Source: Lepidodermella squamata (taxonomy: Eukaryota; Animalia; Gastrotricha). Taken from it: a DNA stretch of 64,000 nt. Below, piece by piece: positions 34,144-45,667 of the stretch (positions within the stretch are counted from its first letter, which is position 1; every line of letters begins with the position of its first letter). The stretch is taken from contig JBLDXI010000007.1 in assembly GCA_047495785.1 (NCBI GenBank), forward strand, positions 1,984,001 to 2,048,000, read 5' to 3'. The translations under genes were made by a program, and so were the position numbers. A model generated the notes under the pieces. The model did not search any database. It was given only the letters and a program-made list of their open reading frames with translations, and had not been told where the DNA came from.

Positions 34144-37100
34144 ATGTTCTCTTGTTCATCCGAATCTCCATCCGAAGATGAGGATGCCATTTTGCAACGT
34201 GAGCAGATGGACGCTGCGAATGACAACTACAAACCGATGGAAATTTTCCCTGGCATGAAATGGCACTCTCAAGAGCGCAAAGAAATGTTCGAAAAGCTAT
34301 TTGGCTGCATCAATTACGGTACAGAATCGAACGCTCAACCGCCTGATAATAAGGACTGCCTCGAATATTTGAATGTTTGCTCATCGCAAGAAAAGGCCGA
34401 TGAACGCCATGACGAAATTCGACGCGGATGCCGCGGCATGATCTCGCACAATCCTTCGGTTTTCATGGGGCTTTCTAACGATACTCACACCGAGGGTAAC
34501 AAACTGTTTGCGGCCGGGCGTTACAAGGAGGCTTTGATGAAGTACAAGAAAATGATCCAGGACTCGCCGTATGATAAGCGTTACTACACCAATGCTGGGT
34601 TGTGCTATATTAAGCTGGGTAAATACGAAAAGGCGATCGCTGTTGTCTCAGATGCTGTTTATATTATCGGCGAAAATTGGGCGAAGGGCTATCTGGTCTA
34701 TGCGACTGCTTATTGCCACCTTGGTTATGTCGAATTCGCGCGTCGGTACATTAGAACCTACGCAAAGTCATTTGAAGGTGCGGATCGTCAGGCCGCTATC
34801 GCTAAAATTGAGGAAATTGCGAAGGAGCTGAAGGTCAAGAAGAAGCTGCTCGATGATCAAGATTTGAAGGCGACTATCGATCGATTGTTGGCGCCGAATG
34901 TGTCTAAAAAGCTATTGACGGTTCTGCTCATCCACCTCAACAATCATTTCCAGCAATCTCAAGGAATGTGCACAGGTTGGTAAAATTGAATTATTATAAA
35001 TTAATTTTGATTCGTGTTATCTGACGGTAAACGGATATTTTTCTCATAATTACAATTTCTCAAAGGCCAAACGCCGCCGTTCCGACTGCCGACTAGTTTC
35101 GACATTTATTCGTCATCCTCAGGATCAAACCATAAATTAGAGTGATAGAAATCATACAACGGCATGAAACATCATCGAAAAAGTTGAAAAGAGAGTTTGT
35201 CTTCCTCCGTTTTAGAGGAAGTTGAGAGGCTTCGCCCCTACGACGAAGGGGTTATTTCTTCTATAGATTCCACCATCATCTCAGTATCGTCTTACTCACT
35301 GGAGATGTCCATTAAAGGGGCCCTAACCGGGTGTCCAGAATAAAGTTCCCAACCTCCACGCGGTATGAACTTCTTCCATTCTTCATTAGATCTTTTGGCA
35401 ATGGCTACGTCGATGTTAGACAATAACCAGAGCATTTTCACCAAGTAAGCCTTGAATAGTCCAACTGGCTTCGAGGTGACGTTTATTGGAATCCGCTCTG
35501 CAGTAATGTGACTCTACAGCTGGTAAGCTGAGTAGAAATTTCTTGATTGCGTCTCGTAAGCTCAAGGCTCTTCAGACTTCGGCTTGTAGATGGCTTGTGA
35601 TCAAATTGGATTGCGAAACATCACGTTACCAAGACAGCATTTTTGGTTGATTTGATTGCACTGCGTACTGTGTATCTGCGCTAGTCTGCATGCGACGCAA
35701 GCAAAACAAACATCACAAATGAGACTTTATTGACTTCACTTTACACGCGTATAGCCAAGTTGAGCGCAAGTTGTGCGCGCGATAGAATCTAGGATAACAT
35801 ACACGCCACCTAGCCCGACAATCACACCAACAACGATAGCGACGAAAATCGTGGCTAACCGCTCTCGCCATTCGATTCGAGGACGACGGACGACCAAATT
35901 CTCTAAATCGCGAGGCTCGACGTTTGGCATTGTCGACGATAGTAAATTATTTGCGGATCTAAACAATGGCATATTGTTTATTAATAAAAGAAGTTCTTAT
36001 TCGGACCGATTAATCTGGTAAATATTGATTGCCTGATAAAATTCCTGAACCTTAACCAAGTCTGTTCAGAGACGGTCTTTCGACAAAACCGCAGCTCGCT
36101 TACATTGAAAACGACTGCCTTTAAAGCATATAGTTCGCAATATTTTGTCCACACCGGCGCACGCTCTTGTCGTGCATAGTCAATTAGTTATAATCGTGTA
36201 GCCAAGAACCCACTAGATTCTCTAATAGCACTAACACGACTGTGGAAGTAGACTAGTCAAACAGAGATGAAGAAAATAGCAAGTGCTAGGATCCAGGCTA
36301 ATTGCCTTGTGTCTGTGGCTTGCAACTGCGCGTAAATCCTGCGTCATATTGTTCAAGTCGCGGAAGAACCCGCACTTTACTGTATTGCTGTACTTTACTG
36401 GTGATTTTTTTATTTTACTGTATTGCAAAGTACAGCCCATTAGAGATGAGTCATTCGTTTTAAAATTGGAGAATCTAAAGAAAAAAGAAGACTTTTTGGT
36501 ATTCTTTTCACAGTATTATGCATCAATCTTTCCATCACAATATTATGGAGGTCGATACGCGTAGAATATAAAATTTTCCTTCGAAATTGACTCATCTTAT
36601 CGTACACATTAGTGATTTGGCGCCCTGGAAAAACCGAGTCGAAATTTTGTTCTTACTCCTCGATCTGGATTTTCTCCAAATGATTGGCAGTAACCAGCCT
36701 CTTTCCGCTCGTCAGCAAATGTAATTGCTAGTACAGCTAAGCGAACTGTACTCGCAGTACAGCCTAATTGAGCTGTGCTCATGATGGTCATTGCGGAGAC
36801 GATCTCCTCGGCAGCTCCGTTCCAGAAGCGCATCGGTAGATCGGGGCAGACAGATGCCTTCTTAGACGCCTTCAGGTGGTTCTTGACTTTGTCGCAGTCG
36901 ATTTCGACTTCGGTAGCTTTCTCTGTAGGCCGGTCTTTGAGGAACTTATTGAACTCATCGGATGGTGTCGAGTCGCGGAGATCTTCATTGATTTTCTGTC
37001 CTATGGAGCATTCATGCGCGAGTGTAAAGACTCGTCGTATATGAACATGAATTGACAAGATTTGAAATGAAAAATCAAATTTAATTCTGTAAAACTGTTC

Positions 37101-40100
37101 AATTTCAGGTGTACTGCTGCCTGCTATGTGCAAAGCTATCAACAAGTGCCAAGCTCTGAACACCCTGCTCAAGCAGAAGATTGACATCCCGAAAATGTCT
37201 TTCGTCGACGCTCGAAACATTTACTTGTTCTTCATGATGAACGTTCTCTTCGCAATGTGTTGCCCGACGTGCTCGGAAGAACTCCTGAAACAAGGCGTCC
37301 TAGTCTCCTACATTGTCGACTTCGCCAAAATGTTCGCAACACGAGGTGTTATGCGCCAAGTCCTGCGAAAACAGCAGTTCGGCCAGTGCGTCTGCGTCAC
37401 CTTCTGCTCTTTCATCGCCAGCCTCGCGCAACACGAATCAATCCGCCAGACCTTCTTCCTGAAAACGGCGCCTTTCAACGATTTCATCTGGCACACCAAC
37501 TTCCAAGCTGCTTATTTCGTCATCATGGGCTACGATGACAAAATCTGTGATGTTATCAGCACTTTATCTCTCGAAGAGCCGTGGTTTTTCCAACGCATTG
37601 AAAAATCAGTGACATCTGGCCAGAAAAACGATGTTTCAGTCTGCCTAGCGATTTTGGCTAATGTCAGCCGATTCGAGTTCAATGCCCATGATGAAACCGG
37701 GTCTTCACTTCGCTTCTGGACCAAAGCTACAGGTGATAAGAGAACTGCAGCTCTTTGCTCGGTTCGGCCTAGTATCTGGTGCCTATTCGTCCGCCGTCTC
37801 GAATATTACCGCGGTAAATTAGCCTCCCACCCCAAATTATCGACTGATGTTGAGATGGTTCTGAAAATCATGGATAATTTGCTGCTAACCTTCCGCCGGC
37901 AGGATCAGCGGAAAGAAATCGCCCCGTTAGCCACCCCGGCTGAGGAGGAAAATGTCAAATCTCTCGCTAAATCTCTCGTCTACCTGGTTAACTGCAAACG
38001 GAATTGCCCGAAACTACCCCCGGCTAGCGTTGTAACTATTCGAACCGAGGCGTTTAGAATGATCGCCCGCTTCGCGGCCTGCTCCCTGCAATTCCGCCAG
38101 GCCGTGTTCAGTTCGTCGTTCTCCGTCGCTGATATTGTTGGTGCATGTGCGTCTGAGGAGATGAGCCGCGTGCCTGGTTCGGCCCTGTATTGCCTGGCAA
38201 TGTTTTTGAAGCTGTCGAAGAATTTGAATAACGTCTACAACGAACTGGCGGATTTGCCGATTTTGCCAGATTTGGTGAAACGATTGATGGCGTTCATCAC
38301 GATTATGAACGATACCGATGCTTTTTCAAATGCCTGCTTGTCATTGTAAGTTCTTAATTGCATATCGGATTGCCAATAACACGTAACTAGTGCCGAGCCG
38401 CTTATTACTACTTCGTCATTGGGCTAATGAAACCCGCTAAGTCTACAGGAAAAATCCTATATACTTAGCGGGTTTCATTAGCCCAGCGGCGACTTCTTAC
38501 TAGTAAGATTGCCAGCAGTGCAAACTAGAAAACGCGAAACCTACTCAAATTTAGCTCGGCTAAGGCGCAGTGACGGGCTTATCGAGGCCCAGCTTTCAGG
38601 TCGTCAATTAGTTTGCTTAGAAAATTGCTTGTTTCCGAGCCTTGCAAATTTTACCGAGGGTGTGTCGGTTTTTGAAGGGTTGATATCCCTGACCTGGTTC
38701 GGGGAACAGCAGCAATTGGACTGAATAAATCAAGATCAAATCAAATCAGGAGAAAAATTAACCTTCCAGCATTTTCATCACGATTTTTTGCTTGAGATGC
38801 TTCGCCAAGTCATCACTTGCTTGCTTTGGCTTTGGACGCCACAGAATCCCCCAACAGCGGAAGCACGGTCAAGTTTGCCGCAGTGCGAGCAAGGCAGGGC
38901 CGGGCGACGAAAGTTGCCAGCGCCAAAAGAAGAGCCAGGGCAGGGGAAAGAAGCGCAGCAGGAGCATCCGGCACAGCAGGGACGGTGACGACAGAGGACA
39001 GGAGAGCAGCAGCAGGAACAGCGAGGGGAGGAGCAGGCAGAAGGGCTTCCTTGAAGGCGGTGGCGATGGCCTTCAAAACGCGGGTCCTGATGGGCGCAGA
39101 CGTGATGTGCTGAAGGATCAGAGGGATGAACAGCAGCTTCCAGTCGCGTTCGCCACTCAGGGAGGAAGCCGCTTCGCCAACCTGGGCCCTAGTTAGACGG
39201 AAGTCGAACTTAGCATCGAGGATGCCGTCGGAAGGAAAAGCCGATTGAGCCATGGTTTTTACGAAAAACTCGTTTTCGGACTCGGTTTCGGGCAGGGCTG
39301 CGCTGAGTTGATGCATTTCGATATCAGACATGCTACAGGAAGGTAATAGTCGAGGGGGAAAAAACGGGCTGTTTTGGGGCCACTTACATGATTAATTGAA
39401 ATTCCTTTGAGAAAGCCACGATCAGTAAGTAGAACGTCGGGTATTCCGTACTGCAAGAAATATGATTCAAGGGCATCGGCCGTCGCTTCAGGTGTGATTG
39501 TTTTCATCGGTTTTGCTTGGGCGAAGTGGCAAAGATGTTCAACAATTGTGAGAATGTGAGCATTGCCCCTTATAGTGTTGTTGGTGTTGCCGGCAGTTGT
39601 TGCTCATTCGAGCTTGTCACTGTAAGTTCTTTCCGCCACGTCTATTTGTTAGAGTTGGTTTAGAGTTGGGCCTAACACACTCATCAGGTTTTTGAAAATA
39701 GTAAAGTCAAATAAATGTTTTCATCTACGAGTGAACGATTTGTTTGAGTGATTTGATAAAACTCATCAATGGTCATCTCTCGAATGCTGAAATGGCTTGC
39801 GGGTCCGAGTTCGCTCAGTAACGCGGCGGCTGTTGAGCTATCTCTCTGCTTCACGGCTTCAACGGTGACAAATTGTCGATAGTTACCATTTATCGCATGG
39901 TGCGTGAATTTTAGCTAGTGAATATTGCAGATGGAAAATGAATTGAAAGGCTTTTAATTTTAGATGAAGCAAAGCATGGTGAAAATTTAGTTAAGCCGTG
40001 AGCTCATGCAAAGAAGCGCTATAAGCTTGATTTCAGACTTGAGATATTCTATAGCCGTTACCTGATAATGCCAACCATTTCTGATGAATCTGATATAAAC

Positions 40101-43100
40101 ACAAAGCTCATTTTCAATTTTCAATTTCTATACGACTAAAAATTATCTCTTCGTTTAAAATTCACTTAGTCATTGGCGTCGAGCCGCCGCCATCGCGTGT
40201 TGTACGCGGGGCCATTGGCTTCAGACAGATCGGGCTTTTTTGGATACCGAACAACGATTGGGGTCGAAAAGGCGGTCGACGCCGTCGTGCTGCCGCTGCC
40301 TGAAGTATTGTCCAAAAGGCCTAACTCAACAGCGTCTTCGTCGCGATTCGTCGCCTGGCGGCGATCGCGATCGCGATAGCATATAATGTGGTAAACACCG
40401 GAGACAACAGCCGCGAAGGCCACTCCGGAAATTAAACCGCCAAAAAAATAATCCATGAACAATAAAATCTATTCAAATAAGGAATCGTCGATGTCGGTTT
40501 GAAAGGGGCCGCAATATTTTTAATTAGCCCGCTTCCGTAGATTCCTATTTATTTTATTGATAAAATTTATATCACCATTTTTGTCTGACTGAGGCCTATC
40601 CATTGGTGACGATTGTGATTTCGTCATCACCTTTAGGTCCATTTAAAACCGCAATTGGGCGAAATAACGGTTTATTGTTATTATGCCGGCTCCATCACAT
40701 AGTTGCTATTATTATGATGCGTCGCGCGATGTCGCTCCCTCGGGATTCAGCGTGATTCTGCATTCAAATACAGCCAGTTTTAAACAGCGGGAGTGAGACG
40801 ATGGCCTGTTACAGCGTAATGCGAAGTAAATGAGTCAGTGATAAGCCATTTCTTCGAAACCTTATTAACTGAGTAATATTTCTTTTTCGATATGCGAACT
40901 TCATCAAGACAAAAGGGTGTGGCTTAGATGATACATAGATTGAAACTCTTGTGAATTTGCTCGTACGGGAAGCAGGGTTAGGGATAGCTCACACCTCCCA
41001 CCTCACCCACGAAAAATATAATAATTCCTCTCATCAATCTCCTAAAATTTAATCATCTCCATCTCTGGAAACTCAAGAAGCTCGAAAATTATTCATTATT
41101 TTAAATAGAGCTACAACTAAAAATACATCCAATATAATTAACCCCCAAATAAATAATTGTTCGTAGTCATGTCTACGAAATTTGTGCCGCTGCAATCGAC
41201 GCATTTCTGACATTTCTGATAATATTGAACTTCTCTAAATAAGCAAGCAATACACGATTATTCATGCATTTATTTTATTGGTGTTTTCACTTGCTTCGGC
41301 TCTCATTTCGGATGAAGATAGCTGGCATGCTTTCTTGGCCCCAACTGCTCTGTGTTGAGCAGTTTGGCGACGACCCTAAGAAGTCCGCTGAGACATGAGA
41401 CTATCTATCATCTGAGAGGCTGACTGAAACATACAGCCTGGACCACTTTTATTGTGCTAATAAACGCATCGCACTGAGGATGAATCCGGCCCCAGGTGAT
41501 CTGTGAAGAGAACTTTGGCGACGACCCTAAAAAGTCCGCCGGCCTCAGTAAGATAGACTGAAGATAGCACCTTAAACGTCCAGAAATATATTTCGCTTAC
41601 TCGAGAAAGTTCGCTTTTTCTTCGACTAACCAGATGCTAAGATTGCAGAGCAGATTTCTTAATTCTTCCAGAAATTTAGTTCTTCTGTCAAACGTTATAT
41701 GGGATGATATTCGTTGTGGCTCTGTTTCAAATTTATGTGAACATTATATCTGAAGAAAAGGGGATGTAGACATCTGCCGCTTGTATTGAGCATATTATTA
41801 TGGTGCTTGGTTAGAGGGGTTGTGATCGAGTGATACTCATGGTAAAAATTGCGCCGTAAACTTTGATGATTTCATCTCAACATGTTTTCAATCGCTAATT
41901 AAGTTTATTAGCCTATTTTGTTGAATTTCGACCAAAGAAGCTTCAGAGCCACTACTTCAAAATCTATACATTTGCATGTAAAAAAATTGCAGTTTGCATT
42001 TTCATCCGGTTGTTCCGCTAATGCATCTGGCGGTGGAATATAAACCCTTTCTACAACACAATGCCTGAAAGGAGGACGTTAAATAAAATGTATTCATTTG
42101 ATCATTCATTCTAACCCTTTCTATGGCTAGATAGTTGAGCGCCGATCACAACCCCGTAAAAAAAGAGTAGGTTTATTGGAATAAAAATGGGATAAGATTT
42201 TGCGTTATTAAAGAATTCCCATGGGACTGCTTCACGCCAGTGGACTGATAAAAAAATAAATCATAATATTCCGCTGAGAACTAAGTGTGGCATAAAACCA
42301 ATATGAGACAGAAAACAGAAAACACAAGTTGACATGAAGAAAGCCGGATATTGATCAACGACAAGCCCGAAACTACGGCACTGCTACGGTGCCGCTGCGG
42401 CCGGTAACTTCGGCGCCGTAGCATTTTTCAAATTCGCCCTGACTTGAAATTTGCGGAGTAATAATACCTAAGCAAATAAACAGGAAACAATAGGTTTCAG
42501 ATAGGGTTGTGATCGAAAAAGTGCAAACTTTGAGTCTTGAAAACATTTGAATGGGAGATCCTGACGGACCAATTATTCGACCACAGGTAGCTCTTAGGTA
42601 TGGCTAACGCCAGATAAAATTCGGTTCTAATCGGCTCGTTCATTGTTGCCATAGAGAATAGAGTTACCAGAGATGAAACTCCTACCGTAATCTGGTACAA
42701 GTTTGAACAGGTACAAGTTTGAACATTTCAACGGAAATAAGAGTTCGCAGGACCTTTTTGAATTGTTTCTGAATTGTCTGAAATCTTGAATTGTTCATAC
42801 GCTTCGAACATAAGCTAAGCCCGTGAAATCCTTGGCCATAGACCAGAAGTTTTGCTTCTTTAAACCGATTTTCAAATTCCGTCATAACGTAAAACCTCTG
42901 ACGTAAACTCAATTGAAACATGACCATGCGTAGTCGCGAACTTTATTTTTCTTCCGAACAGACTCTCTTCCAAACAAATGAAAAATTGCACTCGACTTGC
43001 CAAGAATGAGCGCAAAACATTTGTCAAATTTGCCCCGCGATAAGTCCAGATTCCGTAAATAGATTCACAAATGACTGTTTTTCTTAATTAACTAATTGTT

Positions 43101-45518
43101 TCCTTGAATGGCTGCTCATTATGCTATCGAGTTTAAGTTCAACTAGCCGTTAAACCATCGGAACGAAAACGTGCATTATTCCATCGGAACACACGATTAT
43201 TTCATCGGAACACGCCATTAATAAATCGTTCGGGGAGAAGAGAGGCAAAAACGTGGAGATTGATCGCATGTGGCTTTAATCACAGAATAAAATGGCCGAT
43301 TAACAATACCCAGGCGAACACAGGTCATTTGATTCGTCAATTCATCACTTTTCGAAAGAACTTATTTTTAATTAATGTTTTGAAGGATCTTCAGATGCTT
43401 GATGGCTGAGGATCCTGCTCCTCAGGACCTAGGTCACCAAGGTAACCCAGTCACTCGAGTCACCCTACCACGGGTACACTGACCTGGGTGAAAACGCACG
43501 ATAAGGCTTATTACAGTACTTTCTGGCTTGTCTGGACTTGCAGAGGTCGGACTTTGCCTAATTCGAACGGATTCAGGTGGCTCGTGCTGTGGACTTTACA
43601 TATAAAACGCATTGCTTTATCCGGGCTCCGCATAATACGGACGAATTTCTGTGGCGCGCTCTTTTTCCGGTTTACTGTAGATACCCGACTCGCCGATAAA
43701 ATTGAATTTCAGGGTTCCCAGATCACGCGGCGAATATAATACCGAACTTGCACTATGCCGCGAGATATTTTGCAAAAAGGTGAACATGTATAATTGTCAA
43801 GTTGTAACGTGGATGCCCCATTTTTCCTGTAATCCTGTAATTTTCCCATTCTTGTAATCGTCCTTCGTCATCCTCGCGCTAAGGCCGGCTGTTTCTGAAT
43901 GCGAAATCACGCTGACTCCCGAGGGACCGTCGTTGCGAAGCACATAATAATAACAAGTATGCGATGAAGTCGCCATAATAACAATTAACTGTTATTACGA
44001 CAAATTGCGGCTTCAACTAGAGCCAAAGGTGATAACGAAATCACCATCGGCATCAATAGATGGAACTCAGTTAGACAAAAATGGTGATATAAATTTTATA
44101 AATAAATTAAATGTATAACTGCGAAATCGGGCTAATAAAAAAATTTGCGGCCCCTTTCAAACCGACATCGACGGAATGTAATATTAGCCATGTTACTATT
44201 TCTAGCAAGGCTCGCGTGATGCTGCTTAGTTTAGGGAACAGCCTAAGTGAGTGGAAGGAAATAGCTTTTTCTTCACCTGGCTAGAGGCCACTAGAATTTA
44301 AATACTGGACATTTACCTCTTGGCCTCGGCATTCAGCTTCTCGGCGTCGTTCTAGGTAACTTTTCAGGCGCTCGAAGGCGCTTGTGTAGAAAGAATCGAG
44401 GCCACAGCGCTAACGCAGCCCCACGAACAAATCCGGCAATAAAAATGTCCATTATACCATGAAATTAACCTACGAATTAGTTGAATTATTTTGAGCTTCC
44501 ATCCAAGTTTCTACGCCTTGGGTATGAGTTGAGCGAAATTAAAATCGAAAGTGATTAGCTGGCACTAAGAAGAGAATGCTGCTAGCTGTAGAGGAGCAAC
44601 AAAAATTAGCCATCGACATTTTCAGAAATTGAGGTGCCGGCCGTGCTGCCGGCAGTGTTGTTCAGAAGACCTAGCTCTACGGTGTCTTCGTCGCTGGCCT
44701 GGCGATCGCGATCGCGATAGCGCGATATTACGTGGTATGCGCTGGAGGCAGCAACCGTGAAGGCTACTCCAGAAAGCAAACCGGCTAAAAATTGTTCCAT
44801 TAATGCGGCCAGCGCTTCAATTGTCAGTACTGTTATCAGTTCTAAGAGTGCGCAGACGGCAACAGAAGCTTCCATTACTCAAGTTGGTTTTAATGCTGGA
44901 AAAGATCTAAAAGATAATGCATTGGCTAGAAATGAGGAGCGAATTTCATCTGAGCTGAACATTACGATTTTGAGTGTACTAAAAACATCAGCCGTAGTGA
45001 TAGTAACAGGTGTTGTAGAATCCGGTGGAAGTGTAGGATCGGATTGAGCTTTGTTTTCAGCTACTTTTTCTCTTTTAAGCTGGGGCCGCTTATTTCAAAG
45101 CGGAGTCACGATTAATTCAGCTTCATTAAATTTAGTCCCTTCAATCTTAATGATAAATTTACCAAATTTGCATTTTAGGTACTACCTGCTGACGATGAAA
45201 GACCGCGTGAAAGCTCGCGTGGCCGCCGCCCTCAGCTTCGACACCAACGACGAGCAGAAGCGTTCGATGGGAATGGTTCAGAAACTTGTGAAAACCATCG
45301 TCTCCACACCTGCGCCCACCTCACAGCGAGCTAAAGCAGCTGCGGTCGACCCCATTGTCGGTTCATTCGCTGCGGGCATCGTCCTACCGGCTATTCTCAA
45401 CGCTGATCGGAGCTATCGAAATCTGCTTAAAAAGGCTGAAAAAAATGCGGAAGATAGCTGCATCGATGCTTTGGACCGATTGATCGAATCTCAAGAAGGA
45501 GATGATGAAGATGATTAG
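34144..45518 (+). CDS. TPR-ARM paralog 7 (802 aa)
   Basis: Exons 34144-34975, 37109-38345 and 45179-45518. Last junction rebuilds NACLSL-YYLL, parallel to NACISLYHLL in paralog 2. TPR HTEGNKLF..RYKEAL; motifs PFND, EPWF, RPSIW. Confidence 0.82.
35736..35972 (-). CDS. Small single-pass membrane ORF nested antisense in an intron (virus/TE-like or nested gene)
   Basis: 78 aa with TM IFVAIVVGVIVGLGGVYVIL. Minus-strand AATAAA 4 nt after the stop; an upstream ORF ends in TATTAATAAACAAT directly before the ATG. Confidence 0.4.
   Translation of the reverse strand: MPLFRSANNLLSSTMPNVEPRDLENLVVRRPRIEWRERLATIFVAIVVGVIVGLGGVYVILDSIARTTCAQLGYTRVK
36775..37010 (-). mobile_element. LINE ORF2 fragment (region just N-terminal of RT; CR1/L2-like)
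   Basis: VKNHLKASKKASVCPDLPMRFWNGAAEEIVSAMTI resembles the LINE motif V...L....KA.GPD.IP...L...A.E....LT.I. Confidence 0.55.
38413..38492 (+). ncRNA. Intronic hairpin (pre-miRNA-like or tiny foldback element)
   Basis: Perfect 23-bp inverted repeat 38420-38442 / 38463-38485 (tgggctaatgaaacccgctaagt), extended by AGGA/TCCT pairing around an AAAA loop and a basal stem with G-U pairs on the plus strand. Confidence 0.45.
39415..39575 (-). mobile_element. Gypsy-type integrase core (rve) fragment
   Basis: RGNAHILTIVEHLCHFAQAKPMKTITPEATADALESYFLQYGIPDVLLTDRG: classic G.P...LTDRG motif. Confidence 0.88.
40166..40462 (-). CDS. Small N-terminal-TM ORF, antisense intronic, copy A
   Basis: MDYFFGGLISGVAFAAVVSGVYHIICYRDRDRRQ...EDAVELGLLDNT; clear homolog at 44606-44800. 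Confidence 0.4.
   Translation of the reverse strand: MFMDYFFGGLISGVAFAAVVSGVYHIICYRDRDRRQATNRDEDAVELGLLDNTSGSGSTTASTAFSTPIVVRYPKKPDLSEANGPAYNTRWRRLDAND
40486..44173. mobile_element. 3.7-kb non-autonomous element with ~290-bp diverged terminal inverted repeats and a candidate 4-bp TSD (GAAT)
   Basis: 40486-~40775 is the reverse complement of ~43887-44173 (outer end CGTCGATGTCGGTTTGAAAGGGGCCGCAA is exact). GAAT at 40482-40485 and 44174-44177. Confidence 0.75.
41337..41539. repeat. Two ~52-bp direct repeats, period 151 bp
   Basis: ggcccca...ctgtg..gag.a.tttggcgacgaccctaa.aagtccgc at 41337-41388 and 41488-41539. Confidence 0.8.
44606..44875 (-). CDS. Small N-terminal-TM ORF, antisense intronic, copy B
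   Basis: MEQFLAGLLSGVAFTVAASSAYHVISRYRDRDRQASDEDTVELGLLNNT, homologous to 40166-40462. Confidence 0.4.
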   Translation of the reverse strand: MEASVAVCALLELITVLTIEALAALMEQFLAGLLSGVAFTVAASSAYHVISRYRDRDRQASDEDTVELGLLNNTAGSTAGTSISENVDG

Positions 45519-45667
45519 ACTGTGACGAAAAATGAGGACCAAATATATCAGAATTTATAGGCGATAAATGCTTGCTCAAAATCATAGATACGTTTGACGA
45601 AAAATAAAAAACAGCATTGCCAATATTTGCTATTTTTAGATTATTTATTAATTGAATTGTGAGCAAA

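Noticed and set aside
28254-39196. Plus-strand intronic ORFs (28254-28844, 29009-29386, 38792-39196) as sense genes
   Set aside because: Low-complexity reverse frames of minus-strand GC-rich fragments; no motifs or splice support.
41400-41590. Hammerhead ribozyme near the 151-bp repeats (CTGAGGA, CTGAAGA)
   Set aside because: Could not build stem II plus GAAA and the flanking stems by eye.
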